Source: Octopus sinensis (lineage: Eukaryota). From it: DNA of 64,000 nucleotides. The notes under the pieces are model-generated. The model was not told where the DNA came from and did no database searches. It worked only from the letters and a program-made list of their open reading frames with translations. Shown one piece after another: positions 1 through 11,655 of the stretch; within the stretch, counting starts at the first letter, position 1, and each line of letters opens with the position of its first letter. A program made the position numbers and the translations under genes. The stretch spans positions 71,734,001-71,798,000 of the forward strand of contig NC_043003.1 in NCBI RefSeq assembly GCF_006345805.1, given 5' to 3'.

Positions 1-69
1 TGCAAACGATCTCCTGCAAGTTCTTTCATTCGAGCACTTTCCCATAAGCTGAGTTTCGAGTCACTTCGG
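1..69 (-). CDS. Possible exon of a neighbouring gene, truncated by the window edge (RSDSKLSLWESARMKELAGDRL)
   Basis: Acceptor-like ttaactctgcag| at 70-81 and one open frame to the edge; no donor visible and no recognised homology. Confidence 0.25.
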
Positions 70-287
70 CTGCAGAGTTAAATTTATTGTACTCATAAAG
101 AATTATATGTGTCTTAAATGCTCCTTGGATACTTCCATGTTGAAAGGGTTTTAATCAAAGCAATTTTAGGGTGTCCACAAAGTTTGAGTTTATGGAATAA
201 AATCATAATATAAACAAATAAATATAAGAAATAATAATTTTTCTTTATTTTTGTTTAAATTAAACAAAAAAATACTATACTTTTCAC

Positions 288-3012
288 CAAACCAGATCGA
301 TAAAATGACGTAGCGGTTCGACATACAGGATCGATAAAATGACATAGTGTTTCTACAAACGAGATCGATAAAATGGCGTAGCAGTTCACCAAACGAGATC
401 GATAAAATGACGTAGCGGTTCGCCAAACGAGATCGATAAAATGACGTAGCGGTTCGCCAAGTGAGATCGATAAAATGACGTAACAGTTCGACAAACGAGA
501 TAAATAAAATGACGTAGCGGTTCGCCAAACAAGATCGATAAAATGACTTAGAGGTTCGCCAAACGAGATCGATAAAATGACGTAGCGGTTCGCCAAACGA
601 GATCGATAAAATGACGTAGCGGTTCGCCAAGTGAGATCGATAAAATGACGTAACAGTTCGACAAACGAGATAAATAAAATGACGTAGCGGTTCGCCAAAC
701 AAGATCGATAAAATGACTTAGAGGTTCGCCAAACGAGATCGATAAAATGACATAGCGGTTCGCAAAACAAGATCGATAAAATGACGTAGCGGTTCGCCAA
801 ATATGATCGATAAAATGACGTAGCGATTCGACAAACGAGATCGATAAAACAACGTAGCGGTTCACCAAACGAGATCGATAATATGACATAGCGGTTCGCA
901 AAACGAGACCGATAAAATGACGTAGCGGTTCGCCAAACGGGATCGATAAAATGACGTAGCGTTTCAACAAAGGAGATCGATAAAATGACATAGCGGTTCG
1001 ACAAACGAGATCAATAAAATGACGTAGCTTTTTGCCAAACGAGATCGATAAATTACGTAGTGGTTCGCGGAAGAAGATCGATAAAATGATCTACCGGTTC
1101 GCGGAACGAGATCGATAAAATGACATAGCAGTTCGTCAAACGAGATCGATGAAAAGACGTAGTGTTTTGCCGAACGAGATCGATAAAATGACGTTGCGGT
1201 TCGACACACGAGATCGGTAAAATGACGTAGCGGTTCGCCAAACGAGATCGATAAAATGACCTAGCGGTTCGCGGAACCAGATCGATGATATGACTTAGCG
1301 GTTCGACGAAGGATATCGATAAAATGACGTAGCGGTTCGACAAACGAGATCGATAAAATGACCTAGCTGTTCGCCAAACGAGATCGATAAAATGATGTAG
1401 CCATTCGCTAAACAAGATCGATAAATTGACAGAGCAGTTCACGAAACGAAATGGATAATTTGATGTAGCGGTTTGCCAAAGGAGATCGATAAAATGACGT
1501 AGCGGTTCGCCAAATGAGATCGATAAAATGAGATAGCGGTTCGCCAAACGAAATCGATAAAATGATGAAGCGATTCGCTAAACGAGATCGATAAAATGAC
1601 TTAGCGGTTCACCAAACGAGATCGATGATATGACTTAGCGGTTCGACTAAGGATATCGATAAAATGATGTAGCTGTTTGCCAAACGAGATCGATAAAATT
1701 ACGTGGCGGTTCGACAAACAATGTCGATAAAATGACGTAGCGGTTCGCCAAATGATATCGAAAAAATGATGTAGCGGTTCGCCAAACGAGATCGATAAAG
1801 TGACCTAGCGCTTCGACAAACGAGATCATAAATTGACGTAGCGGTTCGCCAAACGAGATCGATAAAATGACTTAGCGTTTCGCCAAACGAGATCGATAAA
1901 ATGATGTAGCGGTTCGCCAAACGAGGTCGATAAAATGTTGTAACGGTTCGCGAAACAACATCGATAATTTGATGTAGCGGTTCGCTAAACAATGTCGATA
2001 AAATGACGTAGCGGTTCGCCAAATGAGATCGATAAAATGATGTAGCGGTTCGCCAAACTAGATCGATAAAATGACCTAGCGGTTCGCCAAACGAGATCGA
2101 TAAATTGACGTATTGGTTCGCCAAATGAGATCGATAAAATGACTTATCGGTTCGCCAAACGAGATCGATAAAATGACTTAGCGGTTCACCAAATGAGATC
2201 GATTAATTGACGTAGCGGTTCGACAATCAGGATCGTTAAATTGACGTAGAGGTTCGAAAAACGACATCGATAAAATTATCTAGTGCTTCGCCAAACGAGA
2301 TCGACAAAAAGATGTAGCGGTTTGCCAAACGAGATCGATAAGATACGTTAGCGGTTCGCCAAACGAGTTCTATAAAATGAAGTAGCGGTTAGCCAAATGA
2401 GATCGCTAAAAACACGTAGCGTTTCACCAAGCAAATCGATAAAATGACGTAGCGGTTCGCTAAACGAGATCGATAAAATTATGTAGCAGTTTGATAAACG
2501 ATATTGATAAAATGACGTAGCGGTTCGACAAACGAGATCGATAAAATTACTTAGGGGTTCTCCAAACGGGTTCGATAAAACGAATTAGCGGTTCGACATA
2601 CGAGATCGATGAAATGACTAAGCGTTTCGCCAAACGAGATCGATCGATGAAATGACGTAGCGGTTCGACTAGCTGTTCGGCATACGAAATCGATAAAATG
2701 ATGTAGCCGTTCGCTAAACGAGATCGATAAAACGACGTAGCGGTTCGCCAAACGAGATTGATAAAATGACTTATCGGTTCGGCAAACGAGATCGATAAAA
2801 TGAAGTAGCGGTTCGACACACGCAATCGATAAAATGCATTAGCGGTTCGACAAACGAGATCGATAAAATGATGTAGCGGTTCGCCAAATGAGTTCGATAA
2901 AATGACGTAGCAGTTTGACAAAGGAGATCAATAACATGACTTAGCGGTTCGCCAAACGAGATCGATAAAATGAAATAGCGGTTCGCCAAACGATCGATAA
3001 AATGACGTAGCG
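288..3012. repeat. 34-bp minisatellite, consensus AAACGAGATCGATAAAATGACGTAGCGGTTCGCC, about 80 copies
   Basis: Unit start recurs at 391, 425 and onward with 34-nt period; copies contiguous with no unique spacers. Confidence 0.97.
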
Positions 3013-4610
3013 TCTTTTAGCGTAATTTAACGTCACACATATATAGTCATTTAACGTCATTTTAAATCACGTCATTGAACGTCAATTAACGTCATGTCAT
3101 TTAACGTCGTTTAACTTCGTTTAACGTCATTCATCACCATTTGACGTTACTTCAATTAACGTCATTTAGCGAAACTTAACGTCACCCATATAACGTCATT
3201 TAATGTCATTTTACATCACGTTATTTAACGTCATTTAATGTCATGCCATTTAAGGTCTTTTAACGTCGTTTACCGTCACGTCATTTAACGTCATTTGACG
3301 TCATTTAACATCACGTCATTTAGCGTAATTTAACGTCACCCATATACGTCATTTAACGTCATTTTACATCATGTCATTTAACGTCATTTAACGTCGTTTA
3401 CAGTCACGTCATTTAACGTCATTTAACGTTACGTAAATTAACGTCATTTAACGTCACTTCATTTAGCGTAATGTAACGTCACCCATATAATGTCATTTAA
3501 CGTCATTTTACATCACATCATTTAACGTCATTTAACGTCATTTAACGTCGTTTACCGTCAAGTCATTTAACGTCATTTAACATCACGTCATTTAGCGTAA
3601 TTTAATGTCACCCATATAACGTCATTTAACGTCATTTTACATCACGTCATTTAACGTCATTTAACGTCATTTCATTTAACGTCATTTAATGTTATTCAAC
3701 GCCATTTAACGTTACGTAAATTAACTTCATTTAACGTCACGTCATTTAGCGTAATTTAACGCCACCCATATAACGTGATTTAACGTCATTTTACATCACG
3801 TTATTTAACGTTAGTTAACGTCATGTAATTTAACGTCATTTAATGTTATGCCATTTAAAGTCATTTAACTTCGTTTAACGTCATTCAACGCCATTTACCG
3901 TTACGTCAATTAACGTAATTTAGCGTAACTTAACGTCACCCATATAACGTCATTTAACGTTATTTAACGTCATGTCATTTAACGTCATTTAACTTCGTTT
4001 AATGTCATTCAACTCCATTTAACGTTACGTCAATTAGCGTCATTTAGCGTAACTTAACGTCACTCATATATCGTCATTTAACGTCATTTTACATCACGTC
4101 ATTTAACGTCGTTTACCGCCACGTCATTTGACGTTATTTACTATGACATCATTTAACGTCACGTCATTTATTGTAATTTAACGTTACCCATATAACGTCA
4201 TTTAACTTCATTTTACATCACGTCATTTAACGTCGTTTACCGTTACGTCATTTAGCGTTATTTACTATGACATCATTTAACGTCATTTAACGTCATATCA
4301 CGTCACGTCATTTAGCGTAATTTAACGTCACTCATATAACGTCATTTAACGTCATTTAACCTCATATCATTTAAAATCGTTTACCGTCACGTCATTTAAC
4401 GTTATTCAACGCCATTTAACGTTACGTAAATTAACATCATTTAACGTCACTTCATTTAGCGTAATTTAACATCACCCATATAACGTCATTTAATGTCATT
4501 TTACATCATACCATTTAACGTCATGTCATATAACGTCATTTAACGTCGTTTACTGTAACGTTAAATGACGTCGTTTACCGTCATATCATTTAACGTCACG
4601 TCATTTCTTT
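3013..4610. repeat. 10-bp-unit satellite (CATTTAACGT)n with about 145-bp higher-order period
   Basis: Marker GCGTAA(T/C)TTAACGTCACCCATATA recurs 11 times (about 3020, 3169, 3323, 3466, 3595, 3749, 3923, 4047, 4171, 4315, 4459). Confidence 0.95.
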
Positions 4611-4851
4611 GATACCAGTGCGATTAATCAATTTTGTAATTTGTTGATAAAATCTTCTTGTATGCGTGTTAATTTAAAAACAGTCCCAATGCTATGAGCC
4701 AGTCGAAATTTTTGGAAAAAGGTGTTGAATCAGAAACAGTGACACTACTTTCTCGATTACATTGTATGTATGTATGTATGTATGTATGCATGCATACGAA
4801 AGTATGCACACGCACATGCATACAGTGATCACCTCTCCGACTTCCTAACTA

Positions 4852-5134
4852 GGTACTATTTAAGAAGAGTGGTCCCGGTGCGCGCACTCGCGCATCCGCG
4901 CTAGCTAGTCGTGACTAGTCGATCGTACAATGACTACATAGCAAAGTAAATAAAACACAAAATAAATAATTTTTTTACATGAAGTAAATAATTTTTTAAA
5001 CAAAGTAAATAAAACACAAAATAATTTTTTTAAAAAAGTAAAAACAAAAACACAAAGTAAGAATCGACTAGTCACGACTAGTTAGCGCGGATGCGCGAGT
5101 GCGCGCACCGGGACCACTCTTCTTAAATAGTACC
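4852..5134. mobile_element. Non-autonomous DNA transposon (MITE), 283 bp, probably Merlin/IS1016-like
   Basis: 72-bp TIRs (4852-4923 / 5063-5134, one mismatch) starting GGTAC; exact 8-bp TSD CCTAACTA at 4844-4851 and 5135-5142. Confidence 0.9.
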
Positions 5135-5207
5135 CCTAACTAAACTGCATATGGTTCGCTGATGAAATCTAATAGTATTGAAACATGTTTGTTGTTTCCA
5201 TTAGTTA

Positions 5208-5621
5208 GGCGCAGGAGTGGCTGTGTGGTAAGTAGCTTGCTAACCAACCACATGGTTCCGGGTTCAGACCCACTGCGTGGCATCTTGGGCAAGTGTCTTC
5301 TGCTATAGCCCCGGGCCGACCAATGCCTTGTGAGTGGATTTGGTAGACGGAAACTGAAAGAAGCCTGTCGTATATATGTATATATATATATATGTGTGTG
5401 TGTTTGTGTGTCTGTGTTTGTCCCCCTAGCATTGCTTGACAACCGATGCTGGTGTGTTTACGTCCCCGTCACTTAGCGGTTCGGCAAAAGAGACCGATAG
5501 AATAAGTACTGGGCTTACAAAGAATAAGTTCCGGGGTCGATTTGCTCGACTAAAGGCGGTGCTCCAGCATGGCCGCAGTCAAATGACTGAAACAAGTAAA
5601 AGGGTAAAAGAGTAAAGAGTT
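5208..5621 (+). mobile_element. tRNA-headed SINE family A (CORE-like)
   Basis: A-box TGGCTGTGTGG, B-box GGTTCAGACCC, CTTGGGCAAGT core-like motif, internal (TA)/(TG)n, (AAAGAGT) tail; further copies in window. Confidence 0.9.
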
Positions 5622-6126
5622 AGTTTTAAAGATCTACTCTTAAAATGTATCGATTTTATTTTTAAAATTTTCTGTAGCTGATAATCATTAGAGTTAACTA
5701 TCTTGCTTATTGCTTTTGAATTTTACCCTTATTCCAAACGGAGCTTATATTTTCAGATAACTGAAAAATTTAACTCATCATATTTCACATGTGAGACCCT
5801 TCAGCCGTCACTCGGATGACTTGTTAGCATGTGTCATGCTTTCAGTAATTGTTTGGGTGATTATGTAGTCGTGAGTAGAGAAAAAGCACTCTCTCGGCTC
5901 TCCAACCTTTGACCCAGCAAACATCAAGGATATGTCACATTGAAAGAGAGAGAGAGAGAGTGAGAGTAAGAGAGAGAGAGAGAGAGAGAGAGTGAGAGTG
6001 AGTGAGTAAGAGAGAGAGAGTGAGAGTGAGTGAGTAAGAAAGAGAGAGAGAGTGAGAGAAAGACAGAGCTATACAAACACATGGCTCCCACTTTCTTTAT
6101 CGACGACTCTGAAAGAATGAAGGGCA

Positions 6127-6215
6127 AAGTTATCCTCAGGGGTATTTGAACTCAGAACGCAGAGAGCCGGAACAAATATCGCAGCGCATTTATATGAGTC
6201 ATAAACGATACTACC
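6127..6215 (-). mobile_element. SINE family B fragment
   Basis: Degenerate match to the tttgaactcagaacg / aaggcaaagt segment. Confidence 0.6.
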
Positions 6216-6443
6216 AATAAGAGACCGAATCATATGTTTCACCCCTCGCTTATTTTCCCTCAGCTATATTGATGGTGAATGCCAATGATCTGGCCAGAAT
6301 TGTTAATGCGTTGTAGAGAATGTCTTGCAGTATCTATTCCAAACCACTGCATCCTGAGCTCAGGTCACATTTTGCCTTCCATCGATTCGGAATAGATACA
6401 GAAACCATCACCAGCTATGGTATCATATCCTCCGTTTATCTGA

Positions 6444-6492
<49 letters not shown>

Positions 6493-6762
6493 TCTCTCTC
6501 AACCTTTCTTTTTCTCTTAGTTGTTTTCATATTGTACCAAACACAACTTGTGTCACACTCATTCGACCTGAAAAGCACAATAAGGATACACATGTATGCG
6601 GAACACTCAACCATTTACACGCTAATTTCACGTGTAAAAATTCAGCTTGTTGAATTGCATGGTCATCGTCGACACTGGAGGAAAACTTACCATTGATTAT
6701 ATATATATATTCACCATGATAGATCACTAGCCACTACACATTCTTTATTTTTTCTCCGTGTT

Positions 6763-6800
6763 TCTTTCTGTGGAAGAGCGTAGGCTCGAAACGTTAAAGA
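6763..6800 (+). ncRNA. Minimal type I hammerhead-like motif with variant core (Penelope-like 3' repeat)
   Basis: TCTTT-CTGTGGA-A-GAGC(gtag)GCTC-GAAA-CGT-T-AAAGA: stem I TCTTT/AAAGA, stem II GAGC/GCTC, palindromic ACGT helix III. Confidence 0.6.
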
Positions 6801-6929
6801 CTTCTTCACTTCCCGAGCGTTAAACTAATGCATCTGTTTCTTGTCTACACCACCTGTCTTCGTCTTTTTTTTTTGTGTGTGTGAATTCTCCCTATATATA
6901 TGTATATATATACACATACATATACATAT

Positions 6930-8070
6930 GTTGATTGCTTCATCTTTGCAGATGATTGCCGTCTCCCTATGTACTCCTATCAACCATCATCAGCTCCAAA
7001 CGTCCGTCCATGACCGCTTAGGTGGCTTTTAAGCCTAGCATTAGATTTTCACGGTCTGCAGCAAACGTGACAGACAAATGATGTACCCTCTATTGGATTT
7101 ATTGAATCAACTTGTGGGATGTCATCCTTATATGCCTTTTAAGACATTTTTGCACATCACACATGTTGTCTTACCAAGCATTGGAGGTATAAAACTGCAT
7201 ACAGTTGGCTTTTTATGTGGTTTTAAATGAGTGATGTACCCAGATTTAGAAAGCAGTAAACGACCACACACGTCGCAAATCCATCTCACTATGTTCACCC
7301 TGCGACCTTTTCGAAGCTGGTGTTTTTCATGATCAAGACGTCTCTCTTCAAATATTCTGCAACCTTCCTTCACATATCCTCTCCATTTACCCATCTTTAA
7401 AGCAAGTACTTCCCAGTTCTGATCTTCAAGCTGAAGATAATTAAGGTTGTTTTTTTTAATGCAATCTTTATATTTTTTTCTTGATTTGTGCAATTGACTA
7501 TTAAATAAATGTTTTGGGAGTCTTTCCTCATTTATGCGCACGACATGGCCTACCCAACGGATTTAAGGAGATATGATGGTAGATTCAATGCTCGTGCAGC
7601 CAGCATCTATAAGAATTTGTGTGTCAGGTATTTTCTGTTGCCATTTGATGTTTAGGATTCTTCTTAAACACTTTTGGTTAAAGTGTTCAAGCACATTAAG
7701 GTACTTACGATGTACTGTCCGCGTTTCCGAAGAGTACAACTGAGCACTTAGAATGCAGGCCTTGTACACACTAATCTTGGTCTTGATATTGATGCCATGA
7801 TCTACCCACACTCTCTTTTCGAGTTTTCCAAAGTCTACCGAGGCTTTCTGAATGCGCTGGTGTATTTCTGTATCCAGTGAACTATCCCTTGACAATGTAC
7901 TACCCAGATAAACATAAGTGTCAACTACACCTATCCTAGTTCCATCCACCATTATATTTGGCTTCATATATGCTTCCCCTGGTGATGGGGTGAACATTAC
8001 CTTGGTCTTTCTTTAATTAATTTCCATGCCGAAGGCATTACAAGATGCTAAAGAACAATCCATGATGTGT
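6930..8070 (-). pseudogene. RTE (BovB-like) LINE, 3' 1.1 kb, frameshifted; RT C-terminus plus three C2H2-like fingers
   Basis: YVYLGSTLSRD...RIQKAS..FGKL...KISVYKACILS.QLY.SET, RLPK.LF; fingers CDVC..H, CVMC, CHVC..H; terminal hairpin CATCT-gcaa-AGATG. Confidence 0.9.
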
Positions 8071-8595
8071 TGCATTTCAGTGAGCCAAAAAGTCAACATC
8101 GTCTGCATACCGAGATGCAATTCGTAAAAGCCGCCATTTACACAGATGTATAAAGGGTGAACATTTCTATATGCTACGTTGGATACATTGGTTTTTCGTC
8201 TGGTATGTTGATTTTTGTTCATTCTTTATAAATCTTGAATTACGCGTGCACTGACGATTAAAAAGAGCATTGCCGCACTAATTATGAAATCATGTGATTT
8301 GCAACTGAATTCTGTTTCTAAGTGGCTAGCTTCGAGAGTTGCATTCCTTCGCTTTTGGTACGATGTGTTTATTTATTTTGATAGTTTTGACCTTAAGAGT
8401 CCCTCCTAGCGTGTGGCATTTATGTATAGTAATGCCTTCTATATAATATAAATAAATATATTTAAGAGAAAAATTGTTGGATTTTTCTCTTATGAGGTTT
8501 TTCACGCTAACTACTTGATAAATTCTTATAAAGATTTTATCCTATTTTTAAATTGTAAAGTATACACGTACACACACACGCACACGCACGCACAC

Positions 8596-8628
<33 letters not shown>

Positions 8629-9264
8629 TTAGACTAACGGTGACCCATTGGGTCACCTGGAAAGTCTGAGTTTCCCAGCAACGGAGTTTTGTTTCGCTGA
8701 GAAAAATTGGTGGATTTTTCTCTTATGAGGTTTTTCACGCCAACTACTTTCCTCATACAAAAGTAGGTGTTCTTAGGTTAGCCTTGCATGCAGTTTCACA
8801 CACTCTCAACACACCCTCCACATTCGTCTTGCCTTTCATTTTGCTTTACAGTCGTGCACGCTCGCACTTCCTCACATCCATGTTCCCTCCTTTCTCACAC
8901 ATACACTTAGCAATTATCTTCCTACGCCAATACCTTACACCCCACTAACCTACATCATTATACTTGCGCACTTCTACACATACATCTCAATAAGCAACAC
9001 ACCACTCTGACTTAACCCAATCTCTAAACATAGATATATTCCTACACTTGTGCATACAATATCACCCCTCCTCCTTCCATAGAACCGCATTCCCCTCTGG
9101 CTCCTGATTCCTCGTCCATTCTTTTCTCTCACTGATTATTCCTCTCTCTCACTTTCTTTATGCCTTTTTTCTTAATCTAGATAAAGGACTGAAACGTTAG
9201 GACCCTTTCTTTTCCTATAAAGTGTTAAGCTAATACAGTATTTGTTAAAGTTCAGTACACCAAG

Positions 9265-9424
9265 GAATATCGATCCCAGTATTCAACTAGTACTTATTTT
9301 ATTGGCTCCGAAAAGATGATACGCAAAATCGACGTCGGTGGAATTTGAACTCAAAATGTAAAGACTAATGAAATGCCACTAAACATTTTGCCCGGCGTGC
9401 AAACGATTTTGCCATTTCCCCTCC

Positions 9425-9426
<2 letters not shown>
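9265..9426 (-). mobile_element. SINE family B
   Basis: Degenerate aagtacttatttt...gtcg...gaatttgaactc...cccggcgtgc. Confidence 0.8.
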
Positions 9427-9506
<80 letters not shown>

Positions 9507-9508
<2 letters not shown>

Positions 9509-10060
9509 GCCCTGATGCAGTACCAGGCAGTGGCTTTCATGGCTTCTGATCTTAACTGATTGGAAGTGTTATCATGTACATTGTTTTGTCTTGGTATAAA
9601 AGATGGGCTACAGCAAATATTCTGCTCAATACCACAGATTTGCTTGTCAGTTGTTTGACCTTAACCAGTTGAGCATGTCCCTTAGTGGCTGACGATATGT
9701 GCATCTCTGATCACGAGCAGAAGTAGTGGGGGAGCATCATAGCCATGTGTTGAGAAGGATTCTTTGGGGTTTGAATAATTCACCTCTGGAAACATGGGTG
9801 TTTCGTTCAACGTCCTTAAATAAACCTTATTCAGGGACCTTTTGAGTGGGATGGGTTACTCGATCTGAAGAAAATTCTAACTGGGCTCCACCTGCAAGGT
9901 CATGTGCTGTTTATCTTGATATGAGATCACCATGTCGCGCACATATGGTTGTGATGCATGTGCCTGGTGTACCCTTATCAGACGGGTAGTCATGATGGGT
10001 ATACTGGGCTTCGTATATTTTACCCCAGTGTCACTTTGATGGCATGCTCTGCTCGCTCAC
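9507..10060 (+). mobile_element. About 555-bp interspersed element embedded in (AAT)n
   Basis: Near-identical copy at 57794-58348 with the same 5' start; inverted fragment at about 55985-56135; tail-only copy at 47364-47387. Confidence 0.9.
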
Positions 10061-10101
<41 letters not shown>

Positions 10102-10204
10102 CAACGTGAACTTCCAACCTGTTGTCTCTTGAGGTCTCTGGGTGAGACTTGGAGCCAACTTGTACAGACATAAAGCAAAAGTCAAACATAGAATAATAAT
10201 AATA

Positions 10205-10770
10205 ATAATTTTCCTCATTCTGAGCCAGTCGTTGAAGGTAAAAGTGTCACTATCCACTGGAATTTTCTAGTCAATATCAATAAAACGATCCAGGCTAATC
10301 GACATAATTATTAAAGACAGGGAAGAAAATACTCGTAGACTAATAGATGTAAGTGTTCTCACTGATAGAAACATATCTGTAAAGAATTTTACAAATTAAA
10401 TAAATATAAGGACTTGGAAATTGAAATACAAAAGATGTGGCATCTGAAAGCAAGAACTGTTCCTGCTATTGTAGTTGCCCTAGGTATAATAAAAAAAGGG
10501 ATAACAACTAGATAACATCCCAGGAGAACCATGTCTCAGAGAAATATAAAAGATTGTACTGATAAGTACTGCCTACATCCTTAGAAAAACCCTATCAGTT
10601 TAAATGTCTGTGTTGTATTACTTGAAGATATTTCGCTACTGCCCCTGCTACTTCCCCTCCCCAATTTTTCAGTCATACTGTAACATCTCTTATCCTTCAT
10701 TTGTCCTAGAACGTTGGGTATGTCTCTGCAAGTGATTGTAACAAACATGCAAATTGTAAATAAATATCAA
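10205..10770 (+). pseudogene. RLE-type (R4/Dong-like) LINE 3' end: restriction-like endonuclease domain plus 3' UTR ending in (AAT)n
   Basis: Frameshifted translation IIIKDREENTRRLIDVSVLTDRNISVK...KYKDLEIEIQKMWHLKARTVPAIVVALGIIKKG. Confidence 0.8.
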
Positions 10771-10784
10771 TAATAATAATAATA

Positions 10785-11240
10785 ACCCTTTCTACTAAAG
10801 GCACAAGGTCTAAATTTTGGGGAGAGGGAACTAATCGATTATATCAACCCAGTGCTTCACTGGTACTTATTTTATTGACCCCGAAAGGATGAAAGGTGAA
10901 GTCGGCTCAGCGGAATTTGAACTCAGAACGTAAAGATGAACGAAATGCCACTTAGCATTTTGCCCGGCGTGCAAACGATTCTGTTATCTCGCCACCTTAA
11001 TAATAATAATATTAATAATAATAATACATTTTCTACAATAGGCACAAGGCCTGAAGTTTGGGGGAAGTAGGTTAGTTGATTACATTGACCCCGGCACTCA
11101 ACTTGTATTTATTTCACTGATCCCGAAAGGGTGAAAGGCAAATATGATCTCGGCTGAATTTGAACTCAGAAGGTAAAGACGTATGAAAAGCCGCTAAACA
11201 TTTTGCTCGATGCGGTAACGATTCTGCCAGTTCCCCACCT
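10785..11240 (-). mobile_element. Two adjacent SINE family B copies (10785-10998, 11030-11240) separated by (AAT)n
   Basis: Each carries gaccccgaaaggatgaaagg...gaatttgaactcagaa. Confidence 0.85.
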
Positions 11241-11337
11241 TGATAATAATAATGGTAATAATAATAACAATAATAACAATAATAATAATAATGATGATGA
11301 TGATGATAATGATGATGATGACAACAACAACAATAAG

Positions 11338-11655
11338 GACAAACTTGTGCATGGCCTGGATAGACTTTAAAAAGTTTTACAACACTCGACATGTGTAGAA
11401 TACCTGAGAACGTGTGTGCACTGATTAAGAGCAGCATGTCTAGTTGGAAAATACGTATTTTCTGTAACAACTAGGTTACAATCAAAAGAAGTATCTTCCA
11501 GGGACACTCTTGTTCACCTTCGTTATTTGTTATAGACATGATCCCACTTTTTGTAGTCCTACTCAAAGTTGCGCCTGTCTCATCCACCCTCTCTTCATGG
11601 ATGATATAAAACTGTTTGCAAAAACAGAGCACGAAATGGAGAGGTTGGCTGTGGT
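11338..11655 (+). pseudogene. R4/Dong-like RT fragment
   Basis: TNLCMAWIDFKK, IKRSIFQGHSCSP, LFMDDIKLFAK, with indels; starts right after a (GAT)/(AAC)n tract. Confidence 0.75.

Noticed and set aside
190-2989. Long minus-strand ORFs with repeating RYVILSISFGEPLRHFIDLVWRTATSFYRSRLAN
   Set aside because: They are translations of the 34-bp satellite (three units = 34 codons). All frames give the same peptide and monomer indels break them.
288-3012. CRISPR-like appearance (repeat of about 34 bp)
   Set aside because: Units are contiguous with no unique spacers, there are no cas genes, and the context is eukaryotic.
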